Source: a virus. From it: 64,000 nucleotides of DNA. Position 1 is the first letter of the stretch. The number at the start of each line of letters is the position of its first letter. The stretch is taken from the IMG/VR virus record IMGVR_UViG_3300030333_008051, positions 1 through 64,000 of that record, one strand, 5' to 3'. The translations under genes were made by a program, and so were the position numbers. Below are positions 16,801 to 27,018 of this stretch, piece after piece. A model generated the notes under the pieces. The model had not been told where the DNA came from, did no database searches, and worked only from the letters and a program-made list of their open reading frames with translations.

Positions 16801-17886
16801 AGCATCGTAAGCTAGCTGCAGTGTTTCTTCTGAACCTGGAGTGACAGTAGAACTAATCTTTATCGTATCCCCACCTGTAGTACTAGAGTCAGTAAATTCG
16901 AGGGATATTCCACTACCAGCCGACAAGATAAGATTGTCTATGCCAGCAGCCTTAACACCTGCTGCACCTCCAACACTACCTCCATCTGCCAGAGCATTAA
17001 TTCCGGTATAGAAAGTCATATGATGATCTATAGTTTTTAGACCTGTTGTAAGATCATCACCATCGTTAAGAACATGGTTTCCAGCTGAAGAAGTAGGTGC
17101 CGGTGTCTTTGTTGAATAAGCCGGGGTTTCATCTGTGCAGTCTGATTGACCTACATAGTTCTTTATACTTCCAAGAGCGTTAGCAAGGGTAGTACCACAG
17201 TATTCAATTCCTGTTGAAGGAATGAGTATGTCGTAAACAAATTTAGAAACAAGAATTTCGAAAGTTAAGGTCGGGTATTCGCCTGGAAAGCAACCATCAA
17301 GACCTAATGATGGAGCTCCAGCTATTACTTGTTTAAATATTTCATGTATATGTCTTGCGAGAGGATATGTTAGGTTAGGGTCACCATCGCAGTCCCATAT
17401 GTAACACTCACCAAATAAATCTTTTTTCGCTTGCTCAAGGTTAAGCTCTATGCATTCAATTAGCCCTTTGATAGAAGTGTCGTCGTATACTTCATGCTCA
17501 TGATCTTTTTCAGCAGCGATAGCAGCTATTTTTGCAGCCAAGCACAGAATGGAACCAGTAATAGAGTGTGGCTGACCTCTTGTGAAATCCCACAAGCACT
17601 CCATACTATCTTCAGTAGCCCAAAGCTCAGTTGTAATAGTCCAACCACTTAAACCACCTTTTTCTGCATCCAGAACATCGTACTCGTGCTCGGGTGCAGA
17701 CCGTAAGGTCTTCATGATAGGAAATACAAACTTATTCCAATTTCTTACATTGATAGCTGCATCAATTTTTGCAGCTCGAACAAAAGCTCTCATCTCTTCA
17801 GGAGATTGAGCGTTAACTATAGAGCCAGTGCTCTGAACTATTGTTGTAAAAATATTTTTGAAATATTCGCTTTTTGATAAAGCCAT
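13879..17886 (-). CDS. Tail fibre-like protein (1335 aa)
   Basis: Gly/Ser/Thr-rich with repeated fibre motifs: LQxxYD..GGKIV x2, QGxL..HxxxRxPSxG x2, HQFR x2, and xxDV..G..LxW..(Y/W) x3. Confidence 0.7.
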   Translation of the reverse strand: MALSKSEYFKNIFTTIVQSTGSIVNAQSPEEMRAFVRAAKIDAAINVRNWNKFVFPIMKTLRSAPEHEYDVLDAEKGGLSGWTITTELWATEDSMECLWDFTRGQPHSITGSILCLAAKIAAIAAEKDHEHEVYDDTSIKGLIECIELNLEQAKKDLFGECYIWDCDGDPNLTYPLARHIHEIFKQVIAGAPSLGLDGCFPGEYPTLTFEILVSKFVYDILIPSTGIEYCGTTLANALGSIKNYVGQSDCTDETPAYSTKTPAPTSSAGNHVLNDGDDLTTGLKTIDHHMTFYTGINALADGGSVGGAAGVKAAGIDNLILSAGSGISLEFTDSSTTGGDTIKISSTVTPGSEETLQLAYDAGGPSGTGGKIVTKNTWPMDGKIVFQEANEIVDSATGTYGLKVNVFEVEGTSLGEKGANPTLWGTGKHFLYIKDIGGTYGSAVTDLQSTGEPAGPSTFKYYANESYSDMPLILRSINQFTPDTGGPSHPNAGLSEFLTERQGALWVSDGTQAVKDRDGQAQIDGHLYYREPSGGDIWHLLCCGSSSSGGAQNLQETYDFDSSDSGSEKDGGKIVLDITANTPAGIHIYDGTPSVVSPAAANWLSLYDYPLLAVGKPTQAADADAYFSVSRIGNNEVAVNAHHSPINLSTRADGSDPLTSAQQGSLFSKNVTTDSGTEAHIHWRCPSSGTVYDLTNTGSGGGGGGAGQAWRTITLATQAGSVGSSFSGDSTLTAAVIADILQIRAGDYIGMEGTDLGTGDIIKLNVNPMPTTFLSDVDATAADAGKSLLWWNNGASKYIPGVKPTCFNLNGGTSSSGGAANIFYATLEENEGGVSTAGISRFQHQFRRIVAGTNVTVEEVGSGGRDIKISASGGSGSGATKTTELTDVHDTWPGAGSGAILTWNSADEEYDPSYFVNVGTGAEVYKSYDTTSKQHQFRELKSTGSYSGAIDITQATNDVEFAFDPSALTLDDFADVATGSDYPAAGSDGGAVLAWDSSTNKWKKSWASTGSDGSVNTGFDSVWLMPSEWDQRSCNETGIQVQHLTHPDVKQSSTGTYAELAGARIDSTESAGHFENSVIRYAREPSVGSGGDWLATNGILFYHGEWLTDKSQPIYAKFPIPRTWNGTKWEYPTKMWVTGYFCMAQGVELWKDLIANINGNSGGALFDADGAKGFNNYPKYCVTLPFDTSITKESSWDGDTDDLKGKTLTLVDGSNMRDYAAMMGDVYEGSDWLMDRKKTPSPVTDYDYVSVIKFGNTATTTDTGTVEEYFTLTRPEHSYWKSLDVAANKPLADDGLMVVRLNPVKPEPGDTNDPNIFSTALAVPHIFLGMRIDFT

Positions 17887-19907
17887 TAGACCACCCTTAT
17901 TTGAAAGCTATTTATATGAGGTGTAGTCGTACTGTCGTTACTACGAAGTATAGCTTTTACATACATAGTATTCACCTCGTCCATCCTGAGCATATATTTA
18001 ACATTAAACAGCTCGCTTTGCCAAGACGAATCTGAAGGAGTCGTCTTAACTTTAAAATACAAATTACCATAATAATCTTCTATAGTATAGATACTTAGAT
18101 CTTCATCAAACTCAACATGGTTGAAACGTTCTGGAGTAACGTATCTTAATAACGAACCAAAGTATCTGCCAATACCATTATATACTTTATCGCCACTAAA
18201 TTCATCAGGGTAGTCGTATCCTTCTACTATAAGTTTGTGATTATATGGATAAAGAGGATCTTTTTCACGCAAATCGTCAGCATCCATTACATTCTTTTCT
18301 ACATCATACCAATTTGTGTGGCTGGTAGAAAACTTGTGGTAACCTTTTGGCAGAGATATTTGTCCACTGACAAGTTTGCCATTTATGTAGGCGCTATTTG
18401 TTCCAAGATTGATTACTCTGCCTTCGATATTATCGATATGTATGGTCGTATTATATTGTTGGTTGCCAGCGTCATAGAACCAACCACTGTTTACACCATA
18501 AAGAGAAATATTTCCTTGAGGAAGATTTCTTTCGACATAAGTATTTCTTAGAACAAATTTATCTGACCAAGCACTACTAATATACATATTACATAATGCT
18601 TCTTTAGAGTATTCTAGATCAACTCCAACTGGAGGAGTGCTAACAAGCTTATCGATATTTATACCTTCATCAATATAGCTTAAGCTTTGTATTGGATTTG
18701 TTGTATGAAACTGAACTATCTGAAATGAATCACCAGTGTAGGAAGCAGGAATCCAATTTATATTATCTTTGCTTAGAAAGAAAGAAACACTGGTTTTGTC
18801 AGGAAGTATGCAACATGTACCAGTTTCCATAGTCGCTAAAGAAAAATTAACTGGTTCGTTAAATTCGTCATAGACTTCATATGGGCCGCAATAAAGAGTG
18901 GAGGTTGAATTTCTTGAGAACTTATCTGATGTGATCTCAAGATGATCTATGCTAAATATGTAGGCATTTTTTCCACCAGAAACTGATATGTCATCTGCTG
19001 CTGTTTTCGTTAACATGATCTGTATCTTTTTTACACCTTCCAAGCCAAGGGAAACAGAGTTTATTCCAGAGTTGAAAACTTGTTCGCTGCTATCGGCTAT
19101 AGCATATGTTTGACCATCTATAGAATACAGAACCGTCCAAGAGCTACGACCGTTATTGTCGATAGCATTTCCAGTCAATCTTACTTCACCTATATACCTT
19201 CCTTCATCTTCGTCAAAATCAGCTTCAATAACAAGAGATACTCTTCCACTCTTATAGCTGGTGTATACGTAATATTCCCAAATAGTTCCATCTGCTTTCT
19301 TTATAGACTCGATACTTGAGTTTGGTCTTGCGCTGATAAAGCCCCTGTCTGCACTTGCGTAGAATTCTAGATTGGTTGCATCTATTGCTGGTACGTTCAT
19401 GTTATCGCGGCCTAAAGTTACATATCCTGGCTCAACCGAAGCTGTTGTGTTTTCCTGGTCAACAAAATTGTGAGTATCAAAAGTTTCTTCAATTCCATAA
19501 AGAAAAATATCCGCACCGCTATTTAACAAAATCAAATTGTTTAATCTACTCTCTATGCCTTTTACTAATCTATTGCACCTGTTTGCAGTTGCAGAGTAGC
19601 CTCTAAAAGAATCATCCATCAACTCAATTAAGTCAACTATTCGCTCCTCTACAACACTTAAGTCATCTTTTATAGCTCTTCTGTTTGTATTCTCTATGCT
19701 TGCTGAAGAATTTTGAATAAACCCTGGTGTTTTTAAATCTACAGCAGAAAATCCAACTTCATCTAAATTTTTATACTTCTTTCTATATTCTCTTTCCAGC
19801 TCAAAGATAGCGGCTCTAGACGGAGATCTTTTATGCTGCTTTATATAATCTTCGATAACTCTTCTTTTCAGAGCTGCTTCGTATGGTTCTTTGTTATGGT
19901 GAGGCAT
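17886..19907 (-). CDS. Virion structural protein (baseplate periphery; paralog 1)
   Basis: N-terminal helical region followed by beta-sandwich domains; YSIDG Asp-box-like motif; C-terminal TPHINSFQIRV; lies in the tail module. Confidence 0.6.
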   Translation of the reverse strand: MPHHNKEPYEAALKRRVIEDYIKQHKRSPSRAAIFELEREYRKKYKNLDEVGFSAVDLKTPGFIQNSSASIENTNRRAIKDDLSVVEERIVDLIELMDDSFRGYSATANRCNRLVKGIESRLNNLILLNSGADIFLYGIEETFDTHNFVDQENTTASVEPGYVTLGRDNMNVPAIDATNLEFYASADRGFISARPNSSIESIKKADGTIWEYYVYTSYKSGRVSLVIEADFDEDEGRYIGEVRLTGNAIDNNGRSSWTVLYSIDGQTYAIADSSEQVFNSGINSVSLGLEGVKKIQIMLTKTAADDISVSGGKNAYIFSIDHLEITSDKFSRNSTSTLYCGPYEVYDEFNEPVNFSLATMETGTCCILPDKTSVSFFLSKDNINWIPASYTGDSFQIVQFHTTNPIQSLSYIDEGINIDKLVSTPPVGVDLEYSKEALCNMYISSAWSDKFVLRNTYVERNLPQGNISLYGVNSGWFYDAGNQQYNTTIHIDNIEGRVINLGTNSAYINGKLVSGQISLPKGYHKFSTSHTNWYDVEKNVMDADDLREKDPLYPYNHKLIVEGYDYPDEFSGDKVYNGIGRYFGSLLRYVTPERFNHVEFDEDLSIYTIEDYYGNLYFKVKTTPSDSSWQSELFNVKYMLRMDEVNTMYVKAILRSNDSTTTPHINSFQIRVV

Positions 19908-22900
19908 TATTGAAACCTAAAGGAAACGTTGTAAATAATTGGAGAGAAGTATTCTTCCATGTCTTTTAATGGAACAAAATCGTCTGGCACTGCATAGTAA
20001 ACTTTTACTCGTTTATTTATCCTATTCCTGATATTTTCTGTATTTATACTAACGGAGTTGCTCCCCGCACTGTATTTGAATGAATCTACAGCCTTTATTA
20101 TATCATATTCTGCTTTATATCTTGCTACCTTAAACTTGACGATTGGAGCGGGAAGTGCGGGGCTCGTTTTGTCTCCATCGAGAGACCACTCTCCCTTCAC
20201 TATTTGTCGTGAAGCAAATATTATGCCTCTTTTGTAATCTATAGATATCAGATTCTCAGAATCAAAACTTGGATCTGCATAACTGTAAGTGTAACTTATT
20301 CCACCCTTAAGAGTTCCTACAGATAAGGGGTCTGCAACTCGGACGCACACTAAGCCGTCTGGACCAATAGTATAGTCTCCAATACCAAAAGAAAACGTCA
20401 TTGCGCCATCATCATCTCCAATCAAATTTGCAAAAACTTCTTCATCGGCAAAAGATACTCCAAGACCTTTATACCAAGCTGAACCAGCAGCTAGCTTAAA
20501 TCTAACCAAACCAGTATCACCTGTAGAAGTCATTTCAACAGTAGCTTCATTCTCCATATGTATTAAACCGAGGAACTCGGTCTTGCCATCAATATATTGT
20601 GTTTCGTATGGTGCTGGAGCTTCTGGCTCGTTGCCAAGAAAATCGGGTCCAACTCTAACACTTCCCTTAACAATATAATCATATGGCAGATCTAGTGCGA
20701 AATCCTTCAAATGAAAGATTGGTGTTTTAAATGTTGTTTCGCCAGATTTTAAATCTAAGATTAACTTCGGTGTGTAATCGCCAGGTTTTTTAACTTCAAA
20801 TTCAATATCTTCTGCTACTATTTTGTCAGGATCAATTATTATACCTTTTAAATCTAAATCTTCTGCCCAAATTTTATAGTCTTCGTCTTTGTGCACAGTA
20901 GTATCGTAAGACTTATATTGAATTTTTACTAATGGTATTGATGGAACAGAGTCAGCCGTCGACAGTGGCTTATCAATGTAAAGCTTCCCGTTAACATAGT
21001 CAATGTAATACCATACTTCACCCGATGGAGAACCACCAAGGCGAACTTGTTTTAAATAAGTTCGTTTAAATACGGGATAGCCTGAACCTTCTTCTCTTGT
21101 TACTATGAATTGTTCACTATTCCCAATTATATTTTTTCTTTTTAAATTGAATATTGTCGAAGACGAATTGAGAATTTCACTGGTTTGTTTTTCACTTGAA
21201 GATAAACCAGTCAACCTAATTCTTTTTTTATCTGGATCAAAACTGTCAGAGAAAGCAGCATAAAAGCCATCACTTCTTTGTTCAAACTCAAGTTGCTGCG
21301 AAGGAAATTTCCACGAAATTTCTCCATGCTGTTTATGTACCTGTAGTGCTATTTGAGTCCAGTTGTCATTAATCATCCATGCACGGTCCTCAGTACCACT
21401 ACCTATTTTAAGTTCTTCAAAAGAAATTGTTGCACCTGATATTTCACCATATGGAATCTCAACTCTATTTTCATAAACAGTCATATCATTCGGATCTAGC
21501 TCATACCCTTCCGAATCAAGTTCTATTGGAAGTGGTAAAACAAAACCTTCGCCAGGAACTTGACCAGAAGGAGCCCGCCCTATACGTACTGCTTCTCTTG
21601 GATCATCTGTGCGCCTACAAACCCTTGGCTGAAAAACACCTACAGCTTTGTTGTAAGGCTTGTCCCTTAACGTAATTAAGGCAGGGGAAATTGCTGGAGA
21701 TACTGTTCTTGAAAAAACCTTTATAAGAGTCGAAACATCTTCGTCTGTGTAAGAAGAAGTATTTTTAAATGCACTATCATTTCTTTCCACATAAAGTCTC
21801 CATAAACCAGTTCCCGGAACTCCATCCAAGCTAATAGTATTTGGAGTTGTTGTGTCTTCAAAACCAAATACGTCTAAATTCCAAGATTCTCCATTGTCAG
21901 CAGAAAAATCTAAGAATGCATCATACAGTTTATTTTTTCTAGGAAAAATACTTGATGAAGATTCTGCAGCGTACAAGCCTGCAGGTAAACTGTAATAAGA
22001 ACTACTTATTCCGCCGTTACCCTTAAACTTTTGCCTAGAAATAATTATCGACTTTACTCCAATTGGATATCTTTTTCTTGTAATTGGTCTGCTATCAACA
22101 GATTGCATCTCTGCCCTATAGTAATTTTCCTGCTTGAACTTAATAGTTACATTCGTGCAAGTGACTGGTAAAAACGACATTTGCCAAAAAATATCATTAC
22201 CTATTGTTTTTATAACAAAATCATCTGGCTTAATAGTGTTGCCTACTAGCTCTTTTATTGAAACTGTTTTACTTCCAGACGTTGCAAAAATAATATCATC
22301 TATTTGGTAGTTTAGACCGGCACCCAAATTAACTGCCCTGATTGTTAACATATTGACAATTTCTGCTGAAGAAAAATCTAAAGTAAGAGACATTTCTGCT
22401 GGACCAGAATCTAACCTTTCGTATTCAAACCAAGTTTCTGGATTGCCATCAAACATATATTCTGGCTTTATATTATTTGTAGTAACATCTGTATCAGAAT
22501 TGCCGATATAACCATTTCCAGAAGTAATTCTTATATTTCTCGGCCTAACCTGAGTTGTAGTTTCTACCGGTAGGGTCAATATACCTTGAGAAACATCTGC
22601 ATTCAGTATAGTAGCCCCACTGTATGTTGAGTTAATATTATCAAGATTTAAAAACTTTTCAGCAATAACCCACTTTGCTTTTTCTCTATCCCACAAATCT
22701 AGAGCGGCTTTCTTTTGCCTAACTCTTTTGAGGCTTCCAGTAAGCTCCATCAATATCTTAACTTTTGTATTAAAGTTTCTTATGTACATTTCTGAAAGCT
22801 TTGTAAGCCTAGTTACACACATGTCAGTTTTGTATTTAGCAGAAGTTCTTGCTTCCCCGAACTGATCGCTATTCGGGTGAGATAATGCTGATACTTCAGG

Positions 22901-23077
22901 CAGGCCCAGTTCATTATTCAAAAGCTTTTCAAAATACTTTACTGCTTGAGATTCAATAATAATCTTGTCTTCAATAGTATTTGCGGCTTTCCATCTGGAA
23001 ATAAATTTATTAAGTATAGTTAGAAGAGCACTTATTTCAGCTTCATGCTTTCTGTCTGCTATCGTATTAATTGACAT
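19907..23077 (-). CDS. Virion structural protein (baseplate periphery; paralog 2)
   Basis: Discoidin-like YMFDGNPETWFEYE, SADNGESW, repeated IDYxxGxL/I strands; C-terminal FSPIIYNVSFRF. Confidence 0.6.
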   Translation of the reverse strand: MSINTIADRKHEAEISALLTILNKFISRWKAANTIEDKIIIESQAVKYFEKLLNNELGLPEVSALSHPNSDQFGEARTSAKYKTDMCVTRLTKLSEMYIRNFNTKVKILMELTGSLKRVRQKKAALDLWDREKAKWVIAEKFLNLDNINSTYSGATILNADVSQGILTLPVETTTQVRPRNIRITSGNGYIGNSDTDVTTNNIKPEYMFDGNPETWFEYERLDSGPAEMSLTLDFSSAEIVNMLTIRAVNLGAGLNYQIDDIIFATSGSKTVSIKELVGNTIKPDDFVIKTIGNDIFWQMSFLPVTCTNVTIKFKQENYYRAEMQSVDSRPITRKRYPIGVKSIIISRQKFKGNGGISSSYYSLPAGLYAAESSSSIFPRKNKLYDAFLDFSADNGESWNLDVFGFEDTTTPNTISLDGVPGTGLWRLYVERNDSAFKNTSSYTDEDVSTLIKVFSRTVSPAISPALITLRDKPYNKAVGVFQPRVCRRTDDPREAVRIGRAPSGQVPGEGFVLPLPIELDSEGYELDPNDMTVYENRVEIPYGEISGATISFEELKIGSGTEDRAWMINDNWTQIALQVHKQHGEISWKFPSQQLEFEQRSDGFYAAFSDSFDPDKKRIRLTGLSSSEKQTSEILNSSSTIFNLKRKNIIGNSEQFIVTREEGSGYPVFKRTYLKQVRLGGSPSGEVWYYIDYVNGKLYIDKPLSTADSVPSIPLVKIQYKSYDTTVHKDEDYKIWAEDLDLKGIIIDPDKIVAEDIEFEVKKPGDYTPKLILDLKSGETTFKTPIFHLKDFALDLPYDYIVKGSVRVGPDFLGNEPEAPAPYETQYIDGKTEFLGLIHMENEATVEMTSTGDTGLVRFKLAAGSAWYKGLGVSFADEEVFANLIGDDDGAMTFSFGIGDYTIGPDGLVCVRVADPLSVGTLKGGISYTYSYADPSFDSENLISIDYKRGIIFASRQIVKGEWSLDGDKTSPALPAPIVKFKVARYKAEYDIIKAVDSFKYSAGSNSVSINTENIRNRINKRVKVYYAVPDDFVPLKDMEEYFSPIIYNVSFRFQ

Positions 23078-26000
23078 TTAAGGATTCTCCAGAGAAATAG
23101 GTGCTAAGAGAATCTTCTGTTATTTTAGCGCTTGCATTATTTACTATATCTCTGTTTTGCACAGCTAAAGAAAATTCTGTAGTAACGGAAGTTGTATACG
23201 GATGAGCAGAGTTCATCCTATTGATAAGTATTGGTTGTAAAGTTCCGGTAGTGTGTTTAAGTTTTTCGTCAAACACAACTCTTCCGTTTCTTAAATAAAC
23301 TTGTTTGCAAGGACTTAGGTACTGATTTCTTTTGACGAAATATTTTGTCCAATAAACTTTGGAACGATCATAGTCAATTAATCTTATATAGAAACGCCCT
23401 GCTCCAGCCTTTCGATAAAAATCAGAAGTAAGCTCGCCGGGGTGTGGCCAATCAGAATGCCAAGTTGATCCATCATCCATTGAAATTTCGTAATCTTCAC
23501 CTATAGTTAGTAAGGCATTATTTTTATAAACTTCTAATAAATCTTCTCTTCCAACCCAAAAGCAAAGTTCTGTTGGCTTTACCATTACAAGGTCTTTCGA
23601 AGTCTCACTTCCATCAAACAAAATATAAAAAATATAATCAGTTTCAACTGCAGAAACTACAAAGGCAACACCATCTAGATCTTCCCTTCCTGGCATATCT
23701 AAAGTAATTATATCGCCAGCCGTGAGTCCGTGGGGCTCATCTGTACCTATTTTAATATAGGTATTCCAAACTGCGCAATGCTCTTCTTCAACAGGCTCTG
23801 GATCTTTTGGTGGTGGATCTTTTGGTGCCCCTGCTGCAGGGGCTTTACCTTTTGAATGACCAGTTTCGTAGCCAGTTTTTATATAGTTGTCTATTGGAAA
23901 CGACTCACCCTCCTTGGTAGCTGTTCCTAACTCATTTATTATTTTCCCAGTTGTTAATGCCGGTATAAGATTGACTTTATAGTCACCTGTATTTGTTTTG
24001 TTTTTATTTCTGCGTGCAAGCTTTATTGTTGGCCAAGCTCTTCTATTTGGATCGTAAACTAACTCTGCACTTCTATTCTTTTCGTTCCATTTGTAACCAT
24101 AGTTAGCTTTTATATACAAATTTCTCATTTCATTAAAAAGCGATAAGAGATCTATTATATCCATTGAAGATTTAGTTATATCAGCATCAGCCGCTAATAG
24201 TATTTTTCTTTTGATAGAATTTATACTGTTGCTTAGGGTTAATTGGCCTTCCGCTTTCTTAGGCATTCGTATTCTACGAGAAACTCTTGGATTCATATCC
24301 ATTATTGTAATTTCAAATTCAAAAATTTCTGTAGCAACTTTTGTCGGTTTTTTCGAAGTGTTAATTCTATTGATTGCAACCCAATTGCGGTTTGTTCTTC
24401 TATCGTTTCCGTATTCAGAAGAATAAAGTTTTCTTGCTTCTGCATATGCAGTAGTTCTATTGCCCCCACCAAAAACAGTTCCACCAATTCCCATGTAAAG
24501 AATTGGGTCTCTTTTTATTGCAGCTATATTTGCAGCAGTCATCGTGCTGTATATTCGTTTTCCAAAAAACTCTTCTATTGTCGCATCACTTACGGTATAT
24601 TTCATCTGGACATCAATTTTACCAGTTTGAACAATTGAACTAACCGAGTTAAATGATTTCAATAATTCAAGGTCTATACTTCTTCCAGAAATAGTGCCGG
24701 CAGTAATATCTACACCAATAGTTAAATCTGATTGAGCTGCTTTGTATGCAGCTTGAGGCGTATTCGCACTATACTCGTTGTTATATCTTGCAACCCATTC
24801 AGCTCTACTTTCTAACGCTTCTTGATCTAACACAGCTGTTGCATTGTCGACCGAAGATTCGTTGCTTCTATTTATGTCTGTACTGACGGAAGTTACAACA
24901 TCTACACTTACGTCTCCAGTTGTTCCAAATTGATTTTGAAAATTTACTGTTTCGCTAGAATTTTTAGCTTTCGTTATAGCAAGTGCACTGCCGGCAGCAA
25001 CCTTATCATAGCTTCCTGCGGCTTTTATATGGTCAAGGCCGACAAGAAGCGAAACCCATTCGTCACAAATTTGTACTACGTCAAAATTGCTTATACAGAG
25101 CTGTTGGTGCCCCCAAGTTAGATCTGGAAACAATTTATATCTACAGATTTTCGATACTGGCGAAAGATATTCTAGTTGAATTAAGCCCGTATCCAAAACT
25201 GGAACAATATCATCCATCCTTCTGTTTCCGTTCTTATCAAAAAGACGAACACCAACATACGCTTCCTGCAAGACATTTCCTTCTGGAAGAACCATATCTT
25301 CGCTATAGGTTCCAAAATTTACAGTAGGGACAATGGATTCGTTATTTTTACTTACTTCCATTCCTACTGGAGAGGAAACAATTGTACTCTGACCTCTAAA
25401 GAAGCCTTTGTTTTCGTAAGCTGATAAACCAACTTGTATTTCTCTTAATGAGAAATCGTAAGTTCTTCCTTTAACAACCCTGTTGTTATCTGGAAGCTTT
25501 GTAACAAAACCTTTAGAGTCTAAAATGCGATTTATAGAGCTTGCTCTTTTATCTCCAATATTAACTTCAGTTTTTGCAACATGTGCAAATTGTTCAAATT
25601 GAATAATGATGTATTTTGTGAAAACTGGTTCAAACAAAACTACTATTTCTGTTTGATTATCTATCGGTAAAGCATTCAGAGCTACTTCTTCACCTGCTTC
25701 ATTTAAATATCTGATTTCTTTTATTGTTATAGTAGAGTCACCAAGCGGGTGGATTTTCAATGTGTTTACATGCATTACGTTTGCAAGCTCAACCTGCATA
25801 GTTAACGTAGAGGTGCAGCTCCATGGATAAGTATCAAAAGATGTTTTGGGCCTATACTTTCTGCTAGAGCTATCAAACTCTTGTCTAACAACTGCATATT
25901 TAAAGACTTTATTTTTTCTGAAAACGTTTCTTGGATTACTAGTAACAAAAGGCTCTATACTATCGCCAGCATCAGAGCCTTCATCTATAACAACTGCATC

Positions 26001-26561
26001 AACTATTGGTGCTTTCACATATTCTTTTATAGGGTTGATGGCTCCTGCGGAAGGAATCACATCCATCATATATCTTTCTTGAAATGCAAAGCCGGTTTTA
26101 AAATCGGCCAACCAGCTTTTGTCAGTATAGCTGACTTGCGAATCAGTAGGCTTGCTAAATGTATTTAGGTGAACTTTAGAATAGTTTCCCAATAGCTCAA
26201 TTTCTTTCTCTTCAACTTCTGCATCAAGTGTAACCAGCTCCCTTTGCATCTCGTGCAAAGTTGCAAAAGCATCCTTAACATCTGCCCTGATAACTTGCGT
26301 AAGTCTACCAGCTTGCAAGTTCATCATGGAGACAAAAAACTTAAATTCTTTTAGAAAAGCAATTTCTATATTTGAAGAAATTGGTTTTCCTGACTGGTGT
26401 ATTCTAGGTCTTAAATCATCTGTTCTTTTAAGAAGGTTGAGCGCTCTCTGTTGTACTTCTTCGTCGCTTAAGACAACGTGTGGCTCGTCGCGCACTCTGC
26501 GTTTCGCAGCCTTAAGAAACAATCCATGATATGATATTATGTCTTTAAATTTAGGTATCAT
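23067..26561 (-). CDS. Virion structural protein (baseplate periphery; paralog 3) with large internal insertion
   Basis: N-terminal coiled coil, PHGLTAGDIITL beta domain, SMDDGSTW Asp-box; lies in the tail module. Confidence 0.6.
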   Translation of the reverse strand: MIPKFKDIISYHGLFLKAAKRRVRDEPHVVLSDEEVQQRALNLLKRTDDLRPRIHQSGKPISSNIEIAFLKEFKFFVSMMNLQAGRLTQVIRADVKDAFATLHEMQRELVTLDAEVEEKEIELLGNYSKVHLNTFSKPTDSQVSYTDKSWLADFKTGFAFQERYMMDVIPSAGAINPIKEYVKAPIVDAVVIDEGSDAGDSIEPFVTSNPRNVFRKNKVFKYAVVRQEFDSSSRKYRPKTSFDTYPWSCTSTLTMQVELANVMHVNTLKIHPLGDSTITIKEIRYLNEAGEEVALNALPIDNQTEIVVLFEPVFTKYIIIQFEQFAHVAKTEVNIGDKRASSINRILDSKGFVTKLPDNNRVVKGRTYDFSLREIQVGLSAYENKGFFRGQSTIVSSPVGMEVSKNNESIVPTVNFGTYSEDMVLPEGNVLQEAYVGVRLFDKNGNRRMDDIVPVLDTGLIQLEYLSPVSKICRYKLFPDLTWGHQQLCISNFDVVQICDEWVSLLVGLDHIKAAGSYDKVAAGSALAITKAKNSSETVNFQNQFGTTGDVSVDVVTSVSTDINRSNESSVDNATAVLDQEALESRAEWVARYNNEYSANTPQAAYKAAQSDLTIGVDITAGTISGRSIDLELLKSFNSVSSIVQTGKIDVQMKYTVSDATIEEFFGKRIYSTMTAANIAAIKRDPILYMGIGGTVFGGGNRTTAYAEARKLYSSEYGNDRRTNRNWVAINRINTSKKPTKVATEIFEFEITIMDMNPRVSRRIRMPKKAEGQLTLSNSINSIKRKILLAADADITKSSMDIIDLLSLFNEMRNLYIKANYGYKWNEKNRSAELVYDPNRRAWPTIKLARRNKNKTNTGDYKVNLIPALTTGKIINELGTATKEGESFPIDNYIKTGYETGHSKGKAPAAGAPKDPPPKDPEPVEEEHCAVWNTYIKIGTDEPHGLTAGDIITLDMPGREDLDGVAFVVSAVETDYIFYILFDGSETSKDLVMVKPTELCFWVGREDLLEVYKNNALLTIGEDYEISMDDGSTWHSDWPHPGELTSDFYRKAGAGRFYIRLIDYDRSKVYWTKYFVKRNQYLSPCKQVYLRNGRVVFDEKLKHTTGTLQPILINRMNSAHPYTTSVTTEFSLAVQNRDIVNNASAKITEDSLSTYFSGESLNVN

Positions 26562-26562
26562 T

Positions 26563-27018
26563 CTATTCTACTGATATGTTAACGAACATTCTTCTAGCAA
26601 CTTCTGTGCTGGGGACTTGCATTTTTGCAGTAAAAGTAAGATTTGCTCCTGCGGTAAGACCACCTAGTGGAATCTTACTACGTTTTGTGGCACCAACACC
26701 TCGCCTGACTCTTGTTCCTGTAGCAGCACCCGGAGGATAAATCCAAAGCCCACCATCTACACTTGATCTGTGGCTTTGACTACCCCAAGTTAACAAGTCT
26801 TGATAATCTATGTGTGGTGAATAATCTGCAGGATTATCTACATCACCTTGGTGTGCAGCTATAGATATCCAAGCACCTAAATTGCTGATATCGCTTTCCC
26901 CGTAATTGGTTACAACTATTTTTACTTCACCATCTACAATAGTGGTAGCAACAACCTCAACAGCCTTGTATACGTCAGGTATAGTTGAGGTGCTAATTTT
27001 AATATCGTCAAGAGCCAT
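26563..27018 (-). CDS. Small beta-sandwich virion protein
   Basis: 151-aa beta-rich ORF coupled to its neighbours. Confidence 0.6.
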   Translation of the reverse strand: MALDDIKISTSTIPDVYKAVEVVATTIVDGEVKIVVTNYGESDISNLGAWISIAAHQGDVDNPADYSPHIDYQDLLTWGSQSHRSSVDGGLWIYPPGAATGTRVRRGVGATKRSKIPLGGLTAGANLTFTAKMQVPSTEVARRMFVNISVE

